From NCBI GenBank assembly GCA_963783335.1, contig CAWAND010000008.1:23841-87840 (forward strand): a stretch of DNA of 64,000 nucleotides. Direction: 5' to 3'. Every line of letters starts with the position of its first letter. Within the stretch, counting starts at the first letter, position 1. Below the pieces are notes generated by a model that did not search any database, had not been told where the DNA came from, and saw only the letters and a program-made list of their open reading frames with translations. A program made the translations under genes and the position numbers. Source of the stretch: an uncultured Chloroflexia bacterium (GTDB lineage Bacteria; Chloroflexota; Anaerolineae; Anaerolineales; E44-bin32). Shown here one piece after another: positions 9,998-19,190 of the stretch.

Positions 9998-12565
9998 ATG
10001 ACCGCCGATCGCAGCCTAGATGCCTCGTCCCTCATTCGAGCCGCCACAGCCTCCTTTGACTACGGCAATCCAGCAGCCGCTCTGGGGAGTGTCCTGCAGC
10101 TCAGCATCGATTTGCTGGGCGTCGATCGCGCAGCACTCTTCGAATCCGACTCCGGCGAAGGTGGATTCAGCCCACGGTTCGCTCATGGTGCTCCGCTTTC
10201 CGATTTGGGCAAGATTTCTTCCAGCAGCGAACACGAACTGATCCGCTCGGCTATTCGCAATCAGAAGGCCGCCTCCACGGAAGGCGGCCAGGCATCTCTT
10301 GGCCTTCCGTTGGCGCCTGGGATCGTGGCCTGCAGCCCATGCTCAACCGGCGGCGAGACGATCGGCATGCTCTTCGTCGCTCGGGACGACGGCAGCCCAT
10401 TTGACGAAGAGCTCGCCACGCTTGAGATACTTGCCACCCGCTCTGCAGAAATCCTGACCCACGCCCGGCAATCGGCCAGTCAATCCTACCTATTCCACAA
10501 GCTTTCCCTTCTCTACCAAGCCAGCCACGCCATCACCAGCACGCGGGATAAGCAGGAAAGCATCCGCCAGATGGCGGCCCATCTTCTCAAGGCCACCTCT
10601 GCCGACACATGCGAGGTGCTGGTCAACGAAGGCAACAGTGGGCAGACGACCCGTTTCCGACAGGAGCTGAACAAGTCGGTTCAGCACACGGTCGTATCGC
10701 TGGTCTCCGACAGCATGCCGGATTACCCGATTCACCAATCGGTCATGAAGGACCTCAAGCCGGCCATGATCAGCGTGATGCCGCCAACAGGCAGCGCCAA
10801 AGACATGGCGATGCTGCAGAGCGAAGGCATCTCGGCCGCCGCCATTTTCCCTCTGGCCACTCGGCAGAAGGCGCTTGGCCTGGTGCGGATGCTGTACAAC
10901 CGCTCCGGCCGCCAGATCAACGAGCAAGAGATCGAATTGGCGCAGGCGATCATCAACATCGGAGCTATCGGCCTCGAAGACGCTATCCACCTCGAAGCCT
11001 CCGAGGCGCGTGCCGGTCAACTCCAGCTTCTGAACGAGATCGGCCGAGAGATGACCTCCAGCCTGGATCTTGATGCCTCGCTTGAAAATGCAATGCGCAA
11101 CGCCCAACGCATGCTCCAAGCGGAGGCCTGCGTCTTGTTCCTTCTCGATGAAGAAGGCGAAAAGCTCAATTTGAAGGCCAGCGGTGGCCGCCAGTTTCGC
11201 GTCAAGGATGTCGCCATCCGGCTCGAAGAAGGCATCGCCGGCTGGGTGGCTCGAAATCACCGGCCTTTGATCGTGAACGACGTGCGCACCAATCCGCTCT
11301 ATCACAGCGCAATCGACGCGCAGACCGGGCTGCTAACCACCTGCGTGTTGTGCGTGCCCCTGGAGTCACGCGGCGAAGTGATGGGCGTGATCGAAGCTAT
11401 TAACCACCCGCGTGGCGTGTTCAACGAAAACGACCAGCAAATGCTCTCATCGGTCTCTGCCTGGGCCTCCATCGCCCTTGACAACGCCAACCTTTTCCAG
11501 CAGGTCGCTGAAGAACGGAGCCGGCTCGAAACCACACTTGTGGAGACGGCCGACGCGGTCGCCCTGACAGACCGTACCGGGCGCATCATCTTGATCAACA
11601 AGGCTGCCGCCCAGCTCTTTCGCATCAACGCTGAACTGGCAATTGGGCGCCTGGCATCGGAGATCTTCCGCGATCATCCGCTCGGCGAACTGCTGATGGA
11701 CGAGACGGCCGAGCTGCCCATCACGTTGGACACAACAACCCCCACCGAAAGAGTACTCTTCACAACCATCAGCGAGATCCCAGATGTCGGCCGCGTGGCC
11801 GTCATGACCGATATCACCGCCTTGAAACAGATCGACCGGATGCGTTCTCAGCTGCTGGGCACAGCGGCCCACGACCTCAAGAATCCGCTCAACGCCATCC
11901 GCCTGGGCGCCGATCTGCTCAACGATGCCGATCTCAGCGAACAGCAGCGAAAAGCGCTCAATATGATGCAGCGGGCTACCGACAGCATGACGAACTTGAT
12001 TACCGGCCTGCTGGAGACCATCCGCTTGGAGTCGTCCACTCATTTGACTCTCGAGCCGATCCAGATCAATGACCTCATCCGGCGAGCGATTGAAGATCTT
12101 CGCCCCCTCTCCGAAGCCAGACAGCACAACATCCTGTATGAGGCGCCAACAGACCCTATCCTGGTGATGGCCGACCCCAGCCGTTTGAACTCCGTGATGA
12201 CCAATCTGCTCAGCAATGCCATCAAGTTCACGCCGAAGGGCGGGAACATCGAAATCCAATCCAAGTCGGACGACGAACAGGTTCTTGTCAGCGTCAGTGA
12301 CGACGGGCCCGGCATTGCACCGGATGAGATTCCCCGTGTCTTCGAGCACTTCTTCCGGGGGAGGGTCGCAGTACAGGATCCCAACAACCCCGTGGAAGGA
12401 ACCGGGCTCGGGCTTGCCTTGGCGAAGACGGTCATTGAGCAGCACGGAGGTCGCATCTGGGTCACCAGCGAAGAAGGCGACGGCACGACATTCTTCTTCT
12501 CGCTTCCACGTGAGTCCGTGCCCAAGACAGGCTCCCTCAAGAAGGAAAAACGCGGGGACGCCTGA
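9998..12565 (+). CDS. Multi-domain sensor histidine kinase (GAF x3, PAS, HisKA, HATPase_c)
   Basis: 855 aa. GAF-like blocks, a PAS-like segment (VALTDRTGRIILINKAAAQLF), H-box GTAAHDLKNPLN, N-box NLLSNAIKFTP, G-boxes SDDGPGI and GTGLGLA. Confidence 0.85.
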   Translation: MTADRSLDASSLIRAATASFDYGNPAAALGSVLQLSIDLLGVDRAALFESDSGEGGFSPRFAHGAPLSDLGKISSSSEHELIRSAIRNQKAASTEGGQASLGLPLAPGIVACSPCSTGGETIGMLFVARDDGSPFDEELATLEILATRSAEILTHARQSASQSYLFHKLSLLYQASHAITSTRDKQESIRQMAAHLLKATSADTCEVLVNEGNSGQTTRFRQELNKSVQHTVVSLVSDSMPDYPIHQSVMKDLKPAMISVMPPTGSAKDMAMLQSEGISAAAIFPLATRQKALGLVRMLYNRSGRQINEQEIELAQAIINIGAIGLEDAIHLEASEARAGQLQLLNEIGREMTSSLDLDASLENAMRNAQRMLQAEACVLFLLDEEGEKLNLKASGGRQFRVKDVAIRLEEGIAGWVARNHRPLIVNDVRTNPLYHSAIDAQTGLLTTCVLCVPLESRGEVMGVIEAINHPRGVFNENDQQMLSSVSAWASIALDNANLFQQVAEERSRLETTLVETADAVALTDRTGRIILINKAAAQLFRINAELAIGRLASEIFRDHPLGELLMDETAELPITLDTTTPTERVLFTTISEIPDVGRVAVMTDITALKQIDRMRSQLLGTAAHDLKNPLNAIRLGADLLNDADLSEQQRKALNMMQRATDSMTNLITGLLETIRLESSTHLTLEPIQINDLIRRAIEDLRPLSEARQHNILYEAPTDPILVMADPSRLNSVMTNLLSNAIKFTPKGGNIEIQSKSDDEQVLVSVSDDGPGIAPDEIPRVFEHFFRGRVAVQDPNNPVEGTGLGLALAKTVIEQHGGRIWVTSEEGDGTTFFFSLPRESVPKTGSLKKEKRGDA

Positions 12566-12705
12566 CCCTCACCCGGCCAATCACTTTCCACGTCCTGCAC
12601 CCCAACCCCACCGGTCCGCCCCATGGCTTGCCGTCCTCCAAGCTGCGCACCCAGACGGTTCGCGTTAGACTTAACCTCACCCCGCATGAACCCAGGAGGT
12701 ATCCC

Positions 12706-13566
12706 TTGGCAAACACCGACTTCATCTTTGGCACCGTGGGCACCCCCAAATCAACGCCTGCCAAACCCGGCGGAACGATCGGAACGATCGGCTATCTGGC
12801 AGACCAGGGTTTGTTCGCCTTCGAAATCGGTTGGGTCCGCTCGGTCAGAGTTTCGGAAAAAACGTGTGCCGAGATCAAATCCACGGCCGAAGCAGCCGGT
12901 GTGCAGCTCAGCGTTCACGCTCCCTACTACATTAACCTAAACGCCGATGATGACGAATGGCCCAAGAGCCGGAAACGGCTTATGGATGCCGCCAGAGCGG
13001 GTTTCTTGGCGGGCGCCACTGATATCGTCTTTCACCCCGGTTCCTACTTCGAGCGACCAGCAAAAGAGGTACTGGAAGTCGCCATCCCACGGCTGGCGGG
13101 ATGCGTAACCGAGCTGAGAGACGAAGACAACACCGTTCGCCTTCGGCCGGAGACCATGGGCAAGGGCGCCATGCTCGGCTCCCTTTCCGACACCCTGGAG
13201 ATGTCCAAAGCCATTGACGGTGTCGAGCCATGTCTGGACTTCGCCCACCTGCACGCTCGGGCGGGAGACGGCAGCATGAACTCCTACGATGAGTGGATGG
13301 ATGCCTTCAAAGCTTACAGGAAAGCGATAGGGAAGGCAGCCCTCAGTCGTCTTCACTGCCATCTCTCGGGGATTGAATACAGCGAGAAGGGAGAAAGAAA
13401 TCACTTGTTTCTGGCTGACTCCGATTTCGACCTCCAAGCCCTAATGCGAGCACTAAGTGACTCGGGATGTAAGGGCCGGATCGTTTGCGAGAGCCCCGAA
13501 GATATGGACAAAGATGCCCACGTGATCAAGTCGGCCTGGGAGAAAGCCTCTGGATCGAAGGCATGA
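12706..13566 (+). CDS. Endonuclease IV-like / xylose-isomerase-like TIM-barrel protein
   Basis: FEIGWVRSV...QLSVHAPYYINLNADD...IVFHPGSY...FAHLHA pattern resembles the AP endonuclease 2 family. TTG start at 12706 is preceded by AGGAGG. The longer ORF from 12628 is less likely. Confidence 0.65.
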   Translation: MANTDFIFGTVGTPKSTPAKPGGTIGTIGYLADQGLFAFEIGWVRSVRVSEKTCAEIKSTAEAAGVQLSVHAPYYINLNADDDEWPKSRKRLMDAARAGFLAGATDIVFHPGSYFERPAKEVLEVAIPRLAGCVTELRDEDNTVRLRPETMGKGAMLGSLSDTLEMSKAIDGVEPCLDFAHLHARAGDGSMNSYDEWMDAFKAYRKAIGKAALSRLHCHLSGIEYSEKGERNHLFLADSDFDLQALMRALSDSGCKGRIVCESPEDMDKDAHVIKSAWEKASGSKA

Positions 13567-14180
13567 CTCAGGCAGATCGACGAGATCAGTTGGAAGCGCT
13601 CCAGCGCGACATGCGTGCTTGCCGCAAATGCCTTGAGCATGGCCACGACATCACGCCAGGCGCCATCTTCTCTGGGGACAGCCGGGCCAGGGTGATGCTC
13701 ATCGGCCAAGCCCCCGGCGTGACCGAGGTCGAGGCACAAAGGCCATTCAACGCCGGAAGCGGAACCAGGCTCTTTGAATGGCTTGGACGGGCCGGGGTGA
13801 TCGAAGCGGAGTTTCGCCGAAATCAATATATGACCGCGGTGACGAAGTGCTTCCCCGGCAAGGCCAGCGGCGGAGGCGGTGACCGCGTGCCCAGCAAGGC
13901 AGAGCAGGTGCTCTGCCGCCCCTACTTGGACCGCGAACTCGAACTGGTGGATCCCCGTCTGATCTTGCCGGTTGGCCGGCTGGCCATCAACCTCTTCTTC
14001 CCGTCCAGCCGACCGCTGACGGCGATCATCGGCACCGAAGCCGAACACGATGGACGCTGGGTGATCCCATTGCCGCACCCTTCCGGCGCCAGCCGTTGGC
14101 ATCAAATCGAAGCCAATCGGGACCGAATTCGGAGGGCAATTGACCTGATTGGCAAAAGAGTGCAACAGCTCGGCATCTGA
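13563..14180 (+). CDS. Uracil-DNA glycosylase superfamily protein (family 4/5-like)
   Basis: CRKC...VMLIGQAPG...RPFNAGSG...LPHPSGASRW motifs. The ATG overlaps the upstream stop (ATGA). Confidence 0.75.
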   Translation: MTQADRRDQLEALQRDMRACRKCLEHGHDITPGAIFSGDSRARVMLIGQAPGVTEVEAQRPFNAGSGTRLFEWLGRAGVIEAEFRRNQYMTAVTKCFPGKASGGGGDRVPSKAEQVLCRPYLDRELELVDPRLILPVGRLAINLFFPSSRPLTAIIGTEAEHDGRWVIPLPHPSGASRWHQIEANRDRIRRAIDLIGKRVQQLGI

Positions 14181-14203
14181 TTTGCCCCTGACAGATCAGA
14201 CGA

Positions 14204-14235
14204 CAGGCGTCCCTCGGGGAGTCGGGGGACGCCTG
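14204..14235. terminator. Hairpin between convergent genes (possible bidirectional terminator)
   Basis: CAGGCGTCCC (14204-14213) pairs with GGGACGCCTG (14226-14235). A short T-run follows a few nt downstream on the plus strand. Confidence 0.5.
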
Positions 14236-14257
14236 CATCAGGTGCTCACTTTTCGAC

Positions 14258-15208
14258 TTAGCCAATCGGCGGGGCGAGGGACGGTCCCCTTGGCAGTTCT
14301 GTGCCACCGGCTGGACCCGACCTTCTCCCCTGAGCTTCAGGAATGGGCCGCACTCGCCCGGCAGCAATCCACGCAGCCGTCAACTGGTCACCGTTCTCCT
14401 TGGCGCCCACGGCGACCAGCATTCCCGTACGGAGATCGCCAAATCCCTGGATCCTGTTCTGGACCGAACGGTACACGGTCTTGTCATTCACGGCCACCGT
14501 CAGCTGTTCGCCTTCGAACGTTTTCACGACCAGACTCTGATCCCCGAGATCGACAATATGGCCTGCGAGGCGGACGTCGACTCCCGTCCCGGGATGGTTG
14601 GCAGCCTCGGGCGCGACGGTCACGACGATCGCTTCCAGCGTGCCATCTTCGTGCACCAGGGCAGCCACTCGCGCCGGCATACCCTTCTTCAGATCGTGGA
14701 TGTTCGAGACGCTTTGGTCACGGCTGAAGAAACGGGTCCGCTCCGTGACATGGAACTGGGTTAGATCTCCCTCGGCCGATTGAAGCTCGAACGTGGATTG
14801 GCCGGGGACAATGGAACTGATCTCACCACGCTTGCGGACCAATCTGTGCTTGACGGTCTCCGAAGACCCGGCTCCCACTTGGCGGGCCAGATAGGTGCCG
14901 TCGGAGAGGATTGAGCCCACCGCAAATGCCTTCATGCCGGGTGCCAAGTCATTAACGGACTGCAGGCTGCCATCGAGCGACCGAAAATGGGTGTCTTGAT
15001 CGGTGGCGATGGTCAGCAACTCCCCTCGCACCGTGTTCAGTTCGAAGCTGGAACGACCCGAAGCCACGGCGGTGATTTCTCCTGCCACATCAAACCAAGT
15101 CTCCGGACCGGCCGTCTGAGCATGGGCCGTCGCCGGGAATCCGAGGCCGAGCACCGCCGCACCCAAGGCCACGACATAGGCACTTCTAGAGCGGATAATC
15201 TGAAACAT
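14258..15208 (-). CDS. Secreted protein with three tandem DUF5666-like repeats
   Basis: Signal peptide MFQIIRSRSAYVVALGAAVLGLGFPATAHA. Three ~70-aa repeats of the pattern G-I-x(6-10)-F-L-x(n)-V-x-T-x-F-x(n)-DL-x-G-M. ATG at 15208 follows GGAGGTGA. Confidence 0.6.
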   Translation of the reverse strand: MFQIIRSRSAYVVALGAAVLGLGFPATAHAQTAGPETWFDVAGEITAVASGRSSFELNTVRGELLTIATDQDTHFRSLDGSLQSVNDLAPGMKAFAVGSILSDGTYLARQVGAGSSETVKHRLVRKRGEISSIVPGQSTFELQSAEGDLTQFHVTERTRFFSRDQSVSNIHDLKKGMPARVAALVHEDGTLEAIVVTVAPEAANHPGTGVDVRLAGHIVDLGDQSLVVKTFEGEQLTVAVNDKTVYRSVQNRIQGFGDLRTGMLVAVGAKENGDQLTAAWIAAGRVRPIPEAQGRRSGPAGGTELPRGPSLAPPIG

Positions 15209-15314
15209 GGTCACCTCCACATGAGAATGCGCAACTGGTGACCATTCTGTCGCGCAGATGCGAAACAGGCACTACTCAGATGTAAATTCCAGGTAAATCG
15301 TTGAGGATGGCAGC

Positions 15315-15959
15315 TCAATCGCTGGGGAAGGCGATTTCCTCCCGACCAGAAAGCTTGTCATTGATCCGCGCCACCACGACTTCCAAATGCTGGGGCTTGT
15401 GGACAAAATCCAAATCATCACTGCGGAGTGTGAGCACCGGGCAGACATCAAATCCTGCCAGCCAATCATCGTAGAACCGGTCCAGCAGCTCCAAGTACTC
15501 GGCCGTGATCCCCTTCTCCATTTCTCGGCCGCGTTCCCGGATCCGCTGCAGCAGCACCGGAACTGGGGCCTTGAGGACCAAGAGCAAATCCGGGGCCGGC
15601 AAACGGGATACAACCAGCCGGAAGAGGCGGTAGTAAGTGTCGAAGTCGCGCTGCGTCATGTTGCCCAGCTCAAGGCTGGCACGCGTGAAGATCTCGGCAT
15701 CCTCGTAAATAGATCGGTCGATGATGGCCGACTGGTCTTGCCGGGCCAAAGCCAAGTGCTGTTCGGCTCGGTGTCCAAGGAAGAAGATTTGAAGGTGAAA
15801 GGCCCACGACCGCATATCGCCGTAAAAGTCCGCCAGGTACGGATTATCGGCTACCGACTCGAATGCCTGAACCCAGCCCAATCTTTCACCCAGCTTTTGG
15901 GTCAGCGACGTCTTTCCGGCGCCAATGTTCCCCGCCACGAGCACAAAGCGCTTCGCCAC
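15315..15959 (-). CDS. Deoxynucleoside kinase family protein
   Basis: P-loop GNIGAGKTS followed by NPYLADFY, FHLQIFFL and DRSIYED motifs. Confidence 0.85.
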   Translation of the reverse strand: MAKRFVLVAGNIGAGKTSLTQKLGERLGWVQAFESVADNPYLADFYGDMRSWAFHLQIFFLGHRAEQHLALARQDQSAIIDRSIYEDAEIFTRASLELGNMTQRDFDTYYRLFRLVVSRLPAPDLLLVLKAPVPVLLQRIRERGREMEKGITAEYLELLDRFYDDWLAGFDVCPVLTLRSDDLDFVHKPQHLEVVVARINDKLSGREEIAFPSD

Positions 15960-16011
15960 TAATGCTCACTTCCGCATCGGAACAAGCTCGTGTGCCTCAA
16001 CTCCGATCGAG

Positions 16012-16860
16012 TCATTTGCCGAGCGCCCGCTCGCCCATCGCCCGTGCTCCCGCCTGCTGTACCGTCGTGAAGAAGCTTTGGAGGCGCATTCCCGGATCCT
16101 CGGCGGCGGCCAGGTCAGCGTAGTCCAATCTTGCGCCTTGCCAGCCTTCGGCATGCCAGCGACCGCCCTTGGGCAGCTCAAGTTTAGAGAGCTCTTCCAG
16201 GGCCGGGTATGCCGTGGCGTAGAAGTAGGGGTTGGGAATGCCCTCATCTCCGGTCGAGAAACCGAAGTTCATGCTCTCATCGGCGGCTTCCTCGTCCTCA
16301 GGATCTTCACCTGGCGCCTGACGCCCGCTCAACCAGAGCACAGCCAGATCGAAATGGTGGGGCCAGAGTTGGGGACCAAGGGTTTCCCCGCGCAGGCCAG
16401 AGGCGAACTCTCCCAAGATGGCATCGATGCGAGATAAAGCTGACCAGAAGCTGTCGGCGGCCGCTTGTTCGTAGCCATTCACGTCCCCGATGTCTGGCAG
16501 ATCGAGTTTCAGCGGAGTGACGCCGCCACTCCTGGTCATCCAGCCGTTCGCCCTCTCCAAGATCTCCTGGGATGACGTCCCCGGAAGGCCACCGACCCAG
16601 GCCTGGCCGGATTCGGAGTCGAACACAATTTGCGCCCGCTGGATCTCCAGCCTGATCTCAAACCGCTCACCCGCGACCATCATCGGACCGGTCGTGATGC
16701 CGCGTGTTCCGACAGCCAGGCTGATGTGCGACCAGTGCCTGGCAGGCTAACTCAACGCGCCCCGAATGCCACCCAGGCAGCGGGCGTAGCGCCACAGAAT
16801 GTCACGCGTTGGGCGCCATCGCTCGAGGCCTAGCGGTGGAAGGACAATGCTTTGGGTCAT
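16012..16860 (-). pseudogene. DUF5996-like protein interrupted by an in-frame TAG at 16747-16749
   Basis: ATG at 16858-16860 (GAGGAG RBS) gives MTQSIVLPPLGLERWRPTRDILWRYARCLGGIRGALS, then TAG. The same frame continues PARHWSHISLAVGTRGITTGPMMVAGERFEI..., which is ORF 16012..16683. The 849-nt span equals 283 codons. Confidence 0.7.
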
Positions 16861-16897
16861 GAAATGATCTCCTCAGACGGGAGCGGCCGCCGGCCGC

Positions 16898-18310
16898 TCA
16901 GAGAGCGAAGTAGGAGCCGAGATCCTCCACGTGGCCGATTGGCGTGTATTCGCCGGTGGCCTTGTCGACCTGATACGTGCCTTGAACCTCCCCGCGAGCG
17001 ATGCACTGCAGCATCTCAACCATACGATCGACATCGTCCGTGTCGTTGTAGCATCCGAAACTGGCTCGTACCATCCCGGGCATCTCGGTCTTGTCGCCGG
17101 CCAAGATTTGACGCCGCCATGCAGCCGTCTCATCACCTGAGACACCCAACAGATGAATCACGTAGGGATGCGCACAGAAGCAACCGCTCCGCACGCCAAT
17201 CCCACCTTCATAGCCAAGTATGGCCGCAACTTCAAAGTGAGAATGCCCTTCAAGATTGAATGGGATGACGCCCACCCTTTCGCCAGCATGAGCCGGATCG
17301 GTGTCGCCATATATCGTCACGCCAGGGACTTCTCTCAGGCGCTCCAATGCGTAGCGCACGAGAGAGGCTTCGTGATCGGCAATGGTCTGCATGCCCACCC
17401 GAGTAAGTGTTTGGAGGGCAGCTGCCAGGGCCACTGCCCCGACCACGTTGGGACTCCCGGCCTCTTCCCGATCGGGGAGCCCAGCCCAGACGACGTCATC
17501 CAGCGTTACCACATCAATGGTTCCACCGCCTCTGTACTCGGGAGGCGAGGCCAGAAACAGAGCCCTAGGGCCGATGAGGGCTCCAGTTCCATAGGGTGCA
17601 TACATCTTGTGCGCCGAAATCGCCAAGAAATCCAGGTGCTCGGGGTCTTCATCCGGGCGCATGTCGATAGCCCGATGGGCGGCAAGCTGAGCAGCGTCAA
17701 CAAGAATCCGGGACCCTGCTCCATGTGTCTTGCGGGCCAGTCTGTGGATCGGTTGGATGAAACCCGTGACGTTGGACGCCCCGGAGACGGCGACCAGGGC
17801 AATACGCCCTGCGTAGCGTTGGAGCTGACGATCAAAGTCGTCTTCATCAAGCCTGCCGTCGGCCGTGGCCCTGACGTGCACAACCGGTCCAAGGCGGCGC
17901 CACGGCAAGTCGTCGGAGTGATGCTCCATCTGGGTTGATATCACCACCTGCCCGTCGTTGACGGGCAACCGATAGGAAAGCTTGTTGATCGCCTCGGTCG
18001 TGTTTTTGCCGAACGCCACAGCATGCGTCTGCGGATTGGCGCCGAAGAACTCGGCCACGATCGCATGTGCCCTGTCGTAGGCCTCCGTGCTGAGACGGGA
18101 TTTGAATCCTGTGCCGCGGTGCACGCTGGCATAGAAAGGCATGAATCGTTCAAGAGCTTCGATCACATCCAGCAGGGGAGGTGTGCTGGCGGCGTTGTCC
18201 AGATTGACATAGGTCACCCGAGTCCCATCCAGCAGGGGAATCTCACGATCGATACCGAGAACCCTTTGACGCAGGTTGGTGACATCTTCGCGAACGGTCA
18301 ATTCGGCCAT
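16898..18310 (-). CDS. Aminotransferase class V / cysteine-desulfurase-like PLP enzyme
   Basis: 470 aa. YVNLDNAASTP, SGASNVTG and ISAHKMYAPYGTGAL (PLP-lysine region) are class V fold signatures. Confidence 0.8.
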   Translation of the reverse strand: MAELTVREDVTNLRQRVLGIDREIPLLDGTRVTYVNLDNAASTPPLLDVIEALERFMPFYASVHRGTGFKSRLSTEAYDRAHAIVAEFFGANPQTHAVAFGKNTTEAINKLSYRLPVNDGQVVISTQMEHHSDDLPWRRLGPVVHVRATADGRLDEDDFDRQLQRYAGRIALVAVSGASNVTGFIQPIHRLARKTHGAGSRILVDAAQLAAHRAIDMRPDEDPEHLDFLAISAHKMYAPYGTGALIGPRALFLASPPEYRGGGTIDVVTLDDVVWAGLPDREEAGSPNVVGAVALAAALQTLTRVGMQTIADHEASLVRYALERLREVPGVTIYGDTDPAHAGERVGVIPFNLEGHSHFEVAAILGYEGGIGVRSGCFCAHPYVIHLLGVSGDETAAWRRQILAGDKTEMPGMVRASFGCYNDTDDVDRMVEMLQCIARGEVQGTYQVDKATGEYTPIGHVEDLGSYFAL

Positions 18311-18517
18311 CCATTACCTCCCCACAGCCTTGGCCAGTCCTGCCAACTGAATAGGCTGGGTCAGAATAGGTGAGCGGGGATTCAGTCTACCGCCGAGACC
18401 TTTCAATTATAGGCGGAACGGCAACCCGGGCATCCCCGGAGGCGCATGACAGCCGTGGGGACCCGGCGCGAGCAGTGCATCGGAGCCGATCGCATGCAGC
18501 CATCACCTCGGTTGCGC

Positions 18518-18994
18518 CTACTGTCCGGCGCGTCGACGAAGGTCGTCCAGGTGCTCCTCGTCGTGTTCGAAGGTGTTGGCGGCAACTCGGTGCCAAAGGG
18601 CCATGCCGCGCAGCTCGGGAGCCAGATCCTCCCGCGCCAAATCTTCATCGGAGAACTCCAACAGGCGGATTTCGGTCTGTCGGCGCACGGCTTTCAAATC
18701 TGCCAGGATCCGCGCCAGCGGGCGACCGCCGTCAGCCGCATGCCAGTCCTGGTTGAGCTGATCTACTGGCATAGGGTCCTGCACCAGGACGCAGTCGAGT
18801 TTCCGGCCCTGAGACAACTGCCACAGCAAGGTCACCAGCTCGCCTTCCCAGCGCGCCAGGTGGGCTAGGACATCTTTGACCGTCCACCCATCGGCGTTTG
18901 GGCGCGTCGCCGCCGCCTCCGGCAGGGATTCGATGATCTTCATCACCTCCGCCCGAGTGGCTTGCATCCGTCGCATGAGCGCTGTCTTGTCCAC
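18518..18994 (-). CDS. DinB-family four-helix-bundle protein
   Basis: 158 aa. WTVKDVLAHLARWE and EHDEEHLDDL are DinB-type His-containing motifs. Confidence 0.7.
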   Translation of the reverse strand: MDKTALMRRMQATRAEVMKIIESLPEAAATRPNADGWTVKDVLAHLARWEGELVTLLWQLSQGRKLDCVLVQDPMPVDQLNQDWHAADGGRPLARILADLKAVRRQTEIRLLEFSDEDLAREDLAPELRGMALWHRVAANTFEHDEEHLDDLRRRAGQ

Positions 18995-19078
18995 GCCTGT
19001 GCCTGCCTCCTGCCTGGACCGTCAGAATCCCATGATAGACGCTTGGCGGCATTCCCGAAAGTCCGGCTTGGCCGGATT

Positions 19079-19102
19079 GCATTGTGAAATATTTCACAAT
19101 GC
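19079..19102. promoter_or_regulatory. Perfect 24-bp palindrome containing Rex-type operator TTGTGAAatatTTCACAA
   Basis: GCATTGTGAAAT|ATTTCACAATGC read directly. Lies in the divergent region between the DinB gene (start 18994) and the DUF427 gene (start 19191). Confidence 0.65.
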
Positions 19103-19190
19103 CTTGGGTGAGAATTGTGTAAGGTCTCAGTACTATATTGAAATGCAGCCACTCCAGAAGCGTTGGTCTTGCACCCGAAGGGAGCACCAT

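Noticed and set aside
16747-16749. The TAG in the DUF5996-like gene as programmed recoding (e.g. pyrrolysine or read-through)
   Set aside because: No pyl genes or recoding signals are seen in the window. In a sequence with nine other simple lesions, a base error or nonsense mutation is far more likely.
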